58,550 nucleotides of DNA, from IMG/VR virus record IMGVR_UViG_3300027875_000001. One strand, written 5' to 3'. A program made the translations under genes and the position numbers. This stretch comes from a virus. How positions within the stretch are numbered: the stretch's first letter is position 1; the number at the start of each line of letters is the position of its first letter. The notes under the pieces were generated by a model that made no database searches, was not told the DNA's origin, and saw only the letters and a program-made list of their open reading frames with translations. Positions 16,619 to 24,565 of the stretch are shown one piece after another.

Positions 16619-17398
16619 ATGCTTGCTCCATCAGCCCTTGTGAAGGGGATTGTTTCTCGTTTACTGCCAACCGCCTTCGTTGATGATCGTGATGCTGATA
16701 AACCGGTTCGCCTTGCGCGCTATGCGGAACAAGTGGCGCAAGTGCTTCACGGGCCAACACGTTATAGTATTGTCGAAGAGGGGACTTACATCCTCGCGAC
16801 GAATCCCACTATTTCCACCGGCTTGACGTGGGTGGCGGCGCAAACCGCGTTCTCTGACACCGCTCCGAACTTCTACATTTTCAATCCGGAGAGTACGAGT
16901 AATCCCGCCGCGAAGTCGATCTACATGGATTACTTGAAGTTGATTGCGACGACGGCTGCGACGGCTGCGACGGCGTTTCACTATGCGTGGATTCTCGACG
17001 CGGTGAGTCGTGCGATTACGACTGACAATACCTTGACGATCACGCCGGTGAATCCGAATGGTGGTGCATCTGTCGTGATCACGCCGGTGATTAAAGTGCA
17101 GAACTCAGCCACGGTGAGTGTGATCACTGCATCATCATCCGCCAAGCGCTTGGTGGGCCGTGGCACGCTGGGTGGGTTGAACGTCGCTGGAGATGAACTC
17201 GAAATCGTCTTCGGCTCGACGGATGTGGGGGCCAATGCAGGGTTGACAGCAGCGCAAGCCGCAGCTGTTGGTCATCGTGTGAGTAACTCACCAGGGATCA
17301 TTATTCCGCCAGGCTGGAGTTTGACGGGACATATGTGGATGCCGAGTTCTACGGCGTCACCAGCGCCTGAATTTGAACTCGGGATGTTTGCGCGGTAG
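16619..17398 (+). CDS. Hypothetical protein (259 aa), probably structural
   Basis: ORF track. Ala/Thr/Ser-rich with beta-rich character. No motif recognised. Confidence 0.55.
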   Translation: MLAPSALVKGIVSRLLPTAFVDDRDADKPVRLARYAEQVAQVLHGPTRYSIVEEGTYILATNPTISTGLTWVAAQTAFSDTAPNFYIFNPESTSNPAAKSIYMDYLKLIATTAATAATAFHYAWILDAVSRAITTDNTLTITPVNPNGGASVVITPVIKVQNSATVSVITASSSAKRLVGRGTLGGLNVAGDELEIVFGSTDVGANAGLTAAQAAAVGHRVSNSPGIIIPPGWSLTGHMWMPSSTASPAPEFELGMFAR

Positions 17399-17403
17399 GT
17401 GGG

Positions 17404-19080
17404 ATGTCCTTACTCGACCTGCGGTCGTTAGAGACGAACTATTTTCTGACGGCTGCGGTTGGTTCCTTCCTCAAAGCGAGTCCTTCCTCCAATCTGCTGA
17501 AGGGTAGTTATCTCTCTGCTTCTGTGGGGTCGTTTGTTGAAGTCGGCAACGCGACGACTCTGCTTAAAACCAATATTCTTGTCTCTTCTGTTGGTAGTTT
17601 CCTCGAAGTTGGCAATGCTGCACCGTTACTCGAAGGGCACCGTCTCACGTCGGCAGTCGGGAGTTTTGTCGAGACAGGGATAGCTGCGTCGTTGTTAGAA
17701 GGCCATCTCCTGACGGCGGCTGTTGGGAGTTTTGTTGAGACTGGAAATGCCGCGCCACTATTGGAAGGCCATCGACTGACGGCAGCTGTTGGGAGCTTTG
17801 TTGAATCTGGTCTAGCAATCACTCTCCTCAAGACAAGCATTCTGGCTTCTTCTGTTGGGTCATTTGTTGAGACTGGCAACATCGCGAATCTCAATAAGGG
17901 CTACTACCTCTCTGCCACGACAGGATCATTCACAGAAACTGGCCTCGCGATTGTCCTCACTAAAACGAGCATTCTTGTATCGGCTGTTGGAAATTTTGTA
18001 GAGACCGGTGCGAGTGCTCCGTTACTCGAAGGCCATCTGCTTACGGCGGCGACTGGTGCGTACACGGAGACAGGCAGTGCCGCGTCACTTCTGACTGGCT
18101 ACGTGCTGTCGAGCGTTGCTGGCACTCTCATAGAGACTGGTTCTGCTGCATCGCTCCTTGAAGGCCATCGTCTGGTTGCAGCGACAGGAACCTACATCGA
18201 GACTGGTGTTGATACCGCGTTCCTGCGGGGCTACGCGTTAACGTGTGCAGCAGGTGCTTTTGTAGAAGTAGGAAATGTCGCAGCACTACTTGAAGGCCAT
18301 CTCCTCTCAGCGGCACTCGGTGTGTATGTCGAGAGTGGGAGTGCGGCTGGTTTGTTCGAAGGCGAGGGCCTGTTTGGGTTGGTTGGGAATTTCATTGAAA
18401 CAGGGATTGCTGTTTCGCTCCGTGCTGATCGTGACCTGATTGGACTTTCTGCTGCGTATGTCGAGACTGGTGCGGATGCTTCTCTGTTAACTGGTTATTC
18501 TCTCTCTGCTACTGGGGCGATTTTCAACGAGATTGGTATCGATGCTTCGCTACTGTTCGATCGGGTACTCTCTGCAGCCGTTGGAAATTTTGTTGAGTTA
18601 GGACAGGATGCGTTCCTCGGTGCGTTCCGCATTCTGAATGCTGAGCGTGGAATCTTTGTCGAAGTTGGGCAGGGCGCACAGTTTAAACAGACGGTTGTGC
18701 AGGCGGTTGGTGGAAGACGAGCACGACGAGAACGAAAGAAACCGCTTGCCGCGCAGTATACGCTGACTGCACAGAGCGGAACGTTCTTCTCGCAAGGGTA
18801 TTCCATTTCTCTCACGAGATCCTTGGTTCTACGCGCTGGATTGTCTAGCGTAGATGTCGCTGAGATCTCTTCGGGTGTGTTCAGGACCGCTTTTAGACTT
18901 CGCGGTACTGGAACTGAGTTTAATGCTGTTCCGCACGCGGCGGATCTCTCACGATGTGCATACCTTGCGTGTCAGAGTGGTGAGTTCAGTGTGGTCAATC
19001 TACCGAGTGTGTTGATGAAGACTGACATCGATCTGTTTCTTGATGATGATGAGTGGCTGTTCTTACAGGAGGCGGCGTAA
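17404..19080 (+). CDS. Tandem-repeat protein: about 19 consecutive 22-aa units, then a basic stretch and an acidic tail
   Basis: The unit consensus, read from the translation, is LLEGHxLTAAVGSFVETGNAAP. It is followed by GGRRARRERKKP, three degenerate units and DIDLFLDDDEWLFLQEAA. Confidence 0.75.
   Translation: MSLLDLRSLETNYFLTAAVGSFLKASPSSNLLKGSYLSASVGSFVEVGNATTLLKTNILVSSVGSFLEVGNAAPLLEGHRLTSAVGSFVETGIAASLLEGHLLTAAVGSFVETGNAAPLLEGHRLTAAVGSFVESGLAITLLKTSILASSVGSFVETGNIANLNKGYYLSATTGSFTETGLAIVLTKTSILVSAVGNFVETGASAPLLEGHLLTAATGAYTETGSAASLLTGYVLSSVAGTLIETGSAASLLEGHRLVAATGTYIETGVDTAFLRGYALTCAAGAFVEVGNVAALLEGHLLSAALGVYVESGSAAGLFEGEGLFGLVGNFIETGIAVSLRADRDLIGLSAAYVETGADASLLTGYSLSATGAIFNEIGIDASLLFDRVLSAAVGNFVELGQDAFLGAFRILNAERGIFVEVGQGAQFKQTVVQAVGGRRARRERKKPLAAQYTLTAQSGTFFSQGYSISLTRSLVLRAGLSSVDVAEISSGVFRTAFRLRGTGTEFNAVPHAADLSRCAYLACQSGEFSVVNLPSVLMKTDIDLFLDDDEWLFLQEAA
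17431..18684 (+). repeat. 66-bp in-frame tandem repeat array (about 19 copies, diverged)
   Basis: Periodicity is visible at protein level over residues about 10-427 of the 17404..19080 ORF. Neighbouring copies such as LLEGHRLTSAVGSFVETGIAAS and LLEGHLLTAAVGSFVETGNAAP are near-identical. Confidence 0.8.
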
Positions 19081-20754
19081 GTGCCTTCTTTTCCGCTCCA
19101 ATCAGCAGCCGCAGCGAGAATCCTCGAGCGGCTGGTCAGACGCAGAATCAGAAATGAGGTGTCACATCGCACTGCTGTGTCGCGGGAGAATGAGCTCCAC
19201 ACTGTCGCGGAGGAGTTCTTTCCAAAGTTTCGCGCTGTTGTTCGAGCGGCCTTTGCACGAGGACGTTTTGCGGTGGATCATGCTGCACTTCGCAAAGCCA
19301 CCACGATACATGACGCGCAGGTGGCGATATCTCCTGCTGCGTTTGCGACACAACGATACTTACAGCGTGAGTTGCCGAAGTTGTTGCTCAACCTGGTGAA
19401 AGCTGGCGGGAACGCTGGGTTGAAACGGCTCGGCTCAGTGCGCGGCCTTCGTGCTGCGGCTGATGATGATCTCTACTCGATGCGATTCGATGTGACGAAT
19501 CCCGATGTTCTTGAATGGATCAAGGAGCACACAGCCGAACTCATAGATGGGATTACAGAAACAACTCGACAGAATATTACCGATGCGATTGTGGCAGCGT
19601 TTGAAAGTGGGACTTTGCGTGAAGCCTATGATGACATTCTTGAATTGGTTGGAGACGAAAGCCGCGCCGAGTTGATCACTCGCACTGAGTGCATGATGGC
19701 AGCGAATGAGGGGCAACGCGAATCGTGGTCGCAAGCCGAAGAGGCGGGTCTGCTGACGGGGGATGAGAAACGAGTCTGGATCGCGACGGATGACGCTTGT
19801 CCTAAATGTGAAGAATTAGACGGACAGGAAGCGGATCTCGATGGAGTGTATCTCGGTGATGGTGAAAATGGTCCGCCCCTCCATCCGAACTCAATTGTCG
19901 CTGGTGTTTTGGTTGAGGGTAACACGATTGCGGCCACACGGATGTTATATGCGGGACAAGTCAGGGAAATCGTAATGATCAGCGGTCGAACGTTGACCAT
20001 CACACCGCACCACTCGGTAGCAACCCTTCGAGGATTCATTCCTGCTCACGATGTCGAGAAAGGCGAGTATTTGTTCTCTTACAATGAGCGGATCGAACGT
20101 AGTGACCCATCTGCCGAGTCCTTTTATCCTGCGGTGTCTGTTTTCTTTTCTCCACAAGAGAATCAGGACGGACCAACCACTATCGAGCAGGTCTTTCATT
20201 CGTTGAAACTCACTGGGAAACTTGTCGTTGCCGAGCGGTTTGGCGACGAGTTCCACGGCGACGCGGCGTATGGGAATGGCGATATCGACATTGTATATGC
20301 CGATGTCGAATTGGGGAATCGCGTCGAGGCCACAGTTGAGGATCAGCGCGAGGGTCTCGTGCTCGAATCCTCCGACCTTCTTGTTTCTGGATTGCGCAAC
20401 GCGCTCCTTGTGCAACTGGCTGCTCGATTGACCAAGCCTGCCAGCGTTATAGGCTTGCGGCCCGTCACGCAGCCAACGAAGACGTCCCGCATCGGATATA
20501 CCGCGTATCTCGATGCCGTGCTGTTCGAAATGGCTCGTCATTTTAACGCGAGAGATGCCAGCTTCTGCCGCGAGCTTGTAGAGCGGCTCGCCGGCTTTAT
20601 AACGCAAGACGAAGTGATCGAAGTTCGGAATCGGGACTATTTTGAACATGTCTATGATCTTAACACGATTAGCGGGGTTATTGTCGCGAACGGTTTCATA
20701 ATTTCGAACTGTCGCTGTACTGAAGGTATCGTGGCCGGACCGCCAGAGGACTGA
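19081..20754 (+). CDS. Head morphogenesis protein (Phage Mu F / SPP1 gp7 family) containing an intein
   Basis: RAELITRTECMMAANEGQRESW...WIATDDACPKCEELDGQ...GPPLHPN, then a 273-aa insert, then CRCTEG. In family members the hallmark is a contiguous PPxHPNCRC. Confidence 0.85.
   Translation: MPSFPLQSAAAARILERLVRRRIRNEVSHRTAVSRENELHTVAEEFFPKFRAVVRAAFARGRFAVDHAALRKATTIHDAQVAISPAAFATQRYLQRELPKLLLNLVKAGGNAGLKRLGSVRGLRAAADDDLYSMRFDVTNPDVLEWIKEHTAELIDGITETTRQNITDAIVAAFESGTLREAYDDILELVGDESRAELITRTECMMAANEGQRESWSQAEEAGLLTGDEKRVWIATDDACPKCEELDGQEADLDGVYLGDGENGPPLHPNSIVAGVLVEGNTIAATRMLYAGQVREIVMISGRTLTITPHHSVATLRGFIPAHDVEKGEYLFSYNERIERSDPSAESFYPAVSVFFSPQENQDGPTTIEQVFHSLKLTGKLVVAERFGDEFHGDAAYGNGDIDIVYADVELGNRVEATVEDQREGLVLESSDLLVSGLRNALLVQLAARLTKPASVIGLRPVTQPTKTSRIGYTAYLDAVLFEMARHFNARDASFCRELVERLAGFITQDEVIEVRNRDYFEHVYDLNTISGVIVANGFIISNCRCTEGIVAGPPED
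19891..20709 (+). mobile_element. Intein (273 codons) inserted between HPN and CRC of the MuF motif
   Basis: The N-terminal splicing region SIVAGVLVEG...GRTLTITPHHSVATLRGFIPAHDVEKGEYLF has a block A/B character (TxxH). The C-terminal region EVIEVRNRDYFEHVYDLNTISGVIVANGFIISN is followed by Cys+1. The penultimate residue is Ser rather than His. Confidence 0.75.
19945..20649 (-). CDS. Antisense ORF inside the intein: HTH plus DUF559/Vsr-like (PD-(D/E)xK) endonuclease candidate
   Basis: 234 codons, codon-aligned antisense to the MuF frame. YKAGEPLYKLAAEAGISRVKMTSHFEQHGIEIRG is HTH-like. QFDIGIYNVDIAIPIRRVAVEL and FQRMKDLLDSGWSVLILLW match my memory of the DUF559 core. Its composition is unlike the other long antisense ORFs in the window. 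Confidence 0.5.
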   Translation of the reverse strand: MFKIVPIPNFDHFVLRYKAGEPLYKLAAEAGISRVKMTSHFEQHGIEIRGISDAGRLRWLRDGPQAYNAGRLGQSSSQLHKERVAQSRNKKVGGFEHETLALILNCGLDAIPQFDIGIYNVDIAIPIRRVAVELVAKPLGNDKFPSEFQRMKDLLDSGWSVLILLWRKENRHRRIKGLGRWVTTFDPLIVREQILAFLDIVSRNESSKGCYRVVRCDGQRSTADHYDFPDLSRI

Positions 20755-20796
20755 TCGTGCTGAATCCCATCATTATCCAATAGGGATGTAAACTTA

Positions 20797-21666
20797 ATGT
20801 CACTTCTTCGAGCTGACGCACGTGCGATCCCGTTGTGTGATGGTTGTGTGCAGACTGTTGTAACGAGTCCTCCGTATTGGGGGCTTAGAGACTATGAACT
20901 TGGTGCGGCAGGAATTGGAATGGAGCCGACATTAGAGGTATATGTCGCTGCATTGGTTAATGCTTTTCGTGAGATCTGGCGAGTGCTCCGTGATGATGGA
21001 ACTGTGTGGGTGAATCTCGGTGATTGTTATGCAACTTGTATTGACAAAGTTGGCAAGTTGAAGCCTAAAAATTTAGTTGGTCTGCCTTGGCGCGTTGCCC
21101 TCGCGTTACAAACTGATGGCTGGTATCTTCGTTCCGACATTATTTGGGCGAAACTTACATGTATGCCGGAGCCAGTCACGGATCGGCCGACGAAGAGTCA
21201 TGAGTATATATTCTTAATGGCGAAGTCTGAACGGTATTACTACGATGGCGATGCGATTGCCGAAACAACGACAGAAACAAGTGGCTGGTCGAGACAGCGG
21301 ATGCGTGGTTTAAACACATGGGAATACAACAATACAGCCGCGCGAATTGCCGCAACAGGACAGAGAGTTGAATCCAGTACATTTGGTACATTTGGAAAGC
21401 GCAACAAGCGCAGTGTTTGGACGATCAATACTGAGTTCAACCGTGGCGCGCACTTCGCAGTTTTTCCCGAGGCGCTCGTTGAACCGTGCATTCTCGCTGG
21501 CGCTCCGGTTGGCGGCCTCGTGTTCGATCCCTTTATCGGCTCTGGTACGGTGGGCGCAGTTGCCGAACGTCTCAGTCGTCGATGGGTCGGCATCGACCTG
21601 AGTTATCAGGATCTTGCTATTGAGCGTACAGCGCAACGCGGTTTTATGTTTGATACAGCTGTTTAG
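20797..21666 (+). CDS. DNA methyltransferase, N4/N6 type (beta class, N6_N4_Mtase-like)
   Basis: Catalytic motif VVTSPPYWGLRDY near the N-terminus. SAM-binding motif VFDPFIGSGTVGAVAE near the C-terminus. No cognate restriction gene is seen. Confidence 0.85.
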   Translation: MSLLRADARAIPLCDGCVQTVVTSPPYWGLRDYELGAAGIGMEPTLEVYVAALVNAFREIWRVLRDDGTVWVNLGDCYATCIDKVGKLKPKNLVGLPWRVALALQTDGWYLRSDIIWAKLTCMPEPVTDRPTKSHEYIFLMAKSERYYYDGDAIAETTTETSGWSRQRMRGLNTWEYNNTAARIAATGQRVESSTFGTFGKRNKRSVWTINTEFNRGAHFAVFPEALVEPCILAGAPVGGLVFDPFIGSGTVGAVAERLSRRWVGIDLSYQDLAIERTAQRGFMFDTAV

Positions 21667-21677
21667 TTGTGTGAGAT

Positions 21678-21938
21678 ATGACCTTAAATCCAGTTATCAT
21701 TCAGTCGCTCATCGTGCGGGTGAAGTCACTCATTACGACGTTGGCGTTGGTCTCAACAATTATCATCACGCACCTCGGTCTAATCCATCTTTCTGATACC
21801 TGGAAGGATTTTATCCAGTTAGTGTGTCTCATCCTCATTGGGCTGAGTAATTCGCCAGTCGGGAAGTTTGTGGAGCCGCGTGTTGATATTCGGCGAAGGA
21901 GTGATAGTGAGCTTTCCCACGTTCCTGATAGCCACTAA
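21678..21938 (+). CDS. Small membrane protein (2 predicted TM segments)
   Basis: LITTLALVSTIIITHLGLI and FIQLVCLILIGLS are hydrophobic spans. Confidence 0.5.
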   Translation: MTLNPVIIQSLIVRVKSLITTLALVSTIIITHLGLIHLSDTWKDFIQLVCLILIGLSNSPVGKFVEPRVDIRRRSDSELSHVPDSH

Positions 21939-22128
21939 TGTCTGTCTCGGTGCCTTTTGTGTCTTCTTACTGGTGCAGCTTCGTGAGCAGATCGAATTTA
22001 TCCAGCATCAAGTCAGTGAATTTGATGTGCGATTCACGACTGGGTTGCGAGAACTGGAGATGCAACTCACGGCCGGATTAGATCAGATCAACGCCGAAAT
22101 GCATACGATGCCGAAAGGAGACGCCTAA
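21907..22128 (+). CDS. Small membrane-anchored coiled-coil protein (start uncertain)
   Basis: In-frame GTG at 21907, with AAGGAG 5 nt upstream, inside track ORF 21868..22128. TM segment FLIATNVCLGAFCVFLLV followed by a heptad-like segment. Confidence 0.45.
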   Translation: MSFPTFLIATNVCLGAFCVFLLVQLREQIEFIQHQVSEFDVRFTTGLRELEMQLTAGLDQINAEMHTMPKGDA

Positions 22129-22129
22129 A

Positions 22130-24097
22130 ATGCTCTTTCATGTGCTGGCGAACTCCATTGGACGAACTCGTTTTCAGGTGTTCAATGGACGTGGACATCT
22201 AGTCGTGCCGGTTGTGGCGCTGGTCGAAGGCGTGATCCATGCCGTGAATGCTACTGTCCCAGAATTTGTGAGTGCGGAAGCGCTCGCCATTATGCCGCAG
22301 GCGTGGAATGGCCGACCGTTGGTGCTGGGCCATCCGATGCGTGACGGGAAACAGATCTCCGCGAACGATGCGACGGTGCTTGAGAAGCAAAGCTTCGGCA
22401 CGATTTTCAACGCACGGGTGGAGAACAAACGCCTGTTAATGGACGCCTACATCGATCCGTTGAAGGCTGAACAGGTTGGTGGAAAGAAGATGCTGGAGGC
22501 CTTACAACACGGTGAGATGGTGGAAGTCTCCGTGGGGGCTTTTGTCACAACACTGTCTGAACCTGGCGAATATAAGGGCAAGAAGTTCGAAGCGAAGTGG
22601 CAGACGATTGCACCTGATCACCTTGCCTTTCTGCCTGACGGACGCGGCGCGTGCAGTATCGATATGGGGTGCGGTGTCCCGCGTGCAGCGGTAGCACGGG
22701 ACTCGACGTTTCGCGCACTTCTCCAAGGCGTGCCACCTCGTGTGTTGGCTGGTGGTGGGGATCATCCCTTTACCTATTGCATGGAGACGATTGTTCCGGC
22801 GATTGAAGAGAAGCACGGGGCAATTGATGATCCGAATGCCTTCTGTGGATTCTGGAAAGCGGAACGTGCCGCGCAACAATTTGAACAGCAGAAGAAAGGA
22901 GGACGGCCGATGGACAAGCGCACGCTTCGTGCTCGTGTGAAATCATTGTTGGGGTTAAGAGCGTTAGATGATACGGCTAGTGAAGCGGCATCTGAAGAGG
23001 CGGCTGAACTGATTGGCTATAAGGCGATTCAATCACTCCTTGATAGTGTGGCGATGTGCCATGCGGAAGCCAGCATGTTGGTGAGCGATCTGATTGCGGA
23101 TGAAGTGGAAAATCCAACTGAGACGCCAGAGGATGAAGACGCCGAAGAGGAGGTTGAAGCGGCACGACTTGAAGCGATCCAGATGCAGTGTTATACGATG
23201 ACGAGTGCTCTGAGCAATGTGTTGTCCATGACGTACAAACTGCTCATGCCTGAGCCGATAGAAGCATCCGATCCGCGTTACATGGAGGCGCTGCGTGCTG
23301 CAGTGGGGGCACGGAACAGTGCGAAGGATTTGAAGACGTTGCAGAACGCGCATGATGCGACGCATGAGATGCACGGACATACCGTTGCGCTGGGTGCTGA
23401 GTGCAATGGGATGAAACTCTTGGAGAGAGGACACGACTGTGGATGCCAAGGAGGCGAGACGATGACAAAGGAGCAACGCGCGGCCACGATCAAGGCGCTC
23501 GTGGAACACACAGACAGCGGACTGATGACGGACGATACGAAGTGGCTGGAGCACATGCCTGACGCACGGCTCGAAGCGTTGGACGTGCAAGTGAAAGGCG
23601 GACTGCGCACGGCGGCGACGAAAGCGGAAGCTGAGAAAGTCATCAAGGACAAGCACACTGCGGACACGGCGCTCGCGGACCACGCGATGATGCTGAAGAA
23701 GAAGGGTGATGCGAAGGACGGTGCGAAAGATGGTGGAGATGATGGGATGAAGGGAGCAGAAGCGAAGCCACTCACGGAAGAGGATTTTTTGAAGCTGGCG
23801 CCCCCCTCGCTCAAGGCGCTTATCGAACGGACACAGGCGCGGGATGCCGCGCGGAAGATCGACCTCATTGAGAAACTGAAGACCGCACAAAGTGCCTACA
23901 CCGAGAAGGAGCTCGCCGAGCAGTCGTTGGATGTGTTAGAGCGCCTCGCGCTCGTGGCGAAGCTGGATCTGCCGCAGGCTGATTTTAGTGGACGGGGTAT
24001 GCCGCGTGCGGCGGCGAGTGAACCCGACGTGTTCTCGCATCCGCCGAATCCGTACAGTGATGAGGCGTTGAAAGCGTATCGGGCGAAGACGAACTGA
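22130..24097 (+). CDS. Scaffold-like protein with DUF2213-like N-terminal domain (possible prohead protease/scaffold fusion)
   Basis: It lies upstream of the decoration and capsid genes. The N-terminal 180 aa (PQAWNGRPLVLGHP...GEMVEVSVGAFV) resemble DUF2213 as I remember it. The remainder is acidic, Ala/Glu/Lys-rich and coiled-coil-like. Confidence 0.5.
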   Translation: MLFHVLANSIGRTRFQVFNGRGHLVVPVVALVEGVIHAVNATVPEFVSAEALAIMPQAWNGRPLVLGHPMRDGKQISANDATVLEKQSFGTIFNARVENKRLLMDAYIDPLKAEQVGGKKMLEALQHGEMVEVSVGAFVTTLSEPGEYKGKKFEAKWQTIAPDHLAFLPDGRGACSIDMGCGVPRAAVARDSTFRALLQGVPPRVLAGGGDHPFTYCMETIVPAIEEKHGAIDDPNAFCGFWKAERAAQQFEQQKKGGRPMDKRTLRARVKSLLGLRALDDTASEAASEEAAELIGYKAIQSLLDSVAMCHAEASMLVSDLIADEVENPTETPEDEDAEEEVEAARLEAIQMQCYTMTSALSNVLSMTYKLLMPEPIEASDPRYMEALRAAVGARNSAKDLKTLQNAHDATHEMHGHTVALGAECNGMKLLERGHDCGCQGGETMTKEQRAATIKALVEHTDSGLMTDDTKWLEHMPDARLEALDVQVKGGLRTAATKAEAEKVIKDKHTADTALADHAMMLKKKGDAKDGAKDGGDDGMKGAEAKPLTEEDFLKLAPPSLKALIERTQARDAARKIDLIEKLKTAQSAYTEKELAEQSLDVLERLALVAKLDLPQADFSGRGMPRAAASEPDVFSHPPNPYSDEALKAYRAKTN

Positions 24098-24111
24098 AGG
24101 GAGGAATCAAC

Positions 24112-24552
24112 ATGGCTGTGACAGTACTCGCGCCAGGTACCATTTGGTTGGGTGGTCCGCGCACGGAAGAGAACACGCTTGCAGCGAGCGAATCTATTAC
24201 CCCAGGGCATCTCGTGGAACGGTTCAACAGCACGGGTGTGTGGCGTCTGCGGAAGCATGCAACCGCAGCGGCGGCAACTGCCCAGATGGTCGCGACGGAG
24301 AAGTCGATGAGCAACGGTAGTATCGCGGACACGTATGCCGCGAACGATCTGGTCGAGGCTTCGATTGGGGCAGGAGGCTCGTCATTCCTGATGTTCATTG
24401 CAAGTGGACAGAACATCGTCTTCGGACAGACGTTAGAGTCAGCTGGCGACGGCACACTGCGAGCTCTTGCGTCCGGTGTGGCGTTGTTCTCGGCATTGGA
24501 GACCAAGGTGTCAGTTACAGTGTTGACGCGCATTCGCGTCGAAGTCGTCTGA
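24112..24552 (+). CDS. Head decoration protein candidate
   Basis: A 146-aa ORF between the scaffold and major capsid genes. The call rests on position and size only. Confidence 0.4.
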   Translation: MAVTVLAPGTIWLGGPRTEENTLAASESITPGHLVERFNSTGVWRLRKHATAAAATAQMVATEKSMSNGSIADTYAANDLVEASIGAGGSSFLMFIASGQNIVFGQTLESAGDGTLRALASGVALFSALETKVSVTVLTRIRVEVV

Positions 24553-24565
24553 AAGGAGGGATGAG

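Noticed and set aside
17508-17894. A 128-codon antisense ORF within the 22-aa-repeat gene.
   Set aside because: It is itself periodic only because it mirrors the sense repeats, and the translation is Pro/Ser/Thr/Arg-rich. It is a shadow of the repeat protein frame.
23033-23890. A 285-codon antisense ORF inside the scaffold gene, plus similar ones at 23278..23868, 24680..25480, 43780..44700 and 48860..49807.
   Set aside because: Their translations are Arg/His/Cys/Ser/Leu-rich with no motif. They lie wholly inside stronger coding genes, several of them codon-aligned, so they are typical shadow ORFs. They also served as my control for judging the antisense ORF in the intein.
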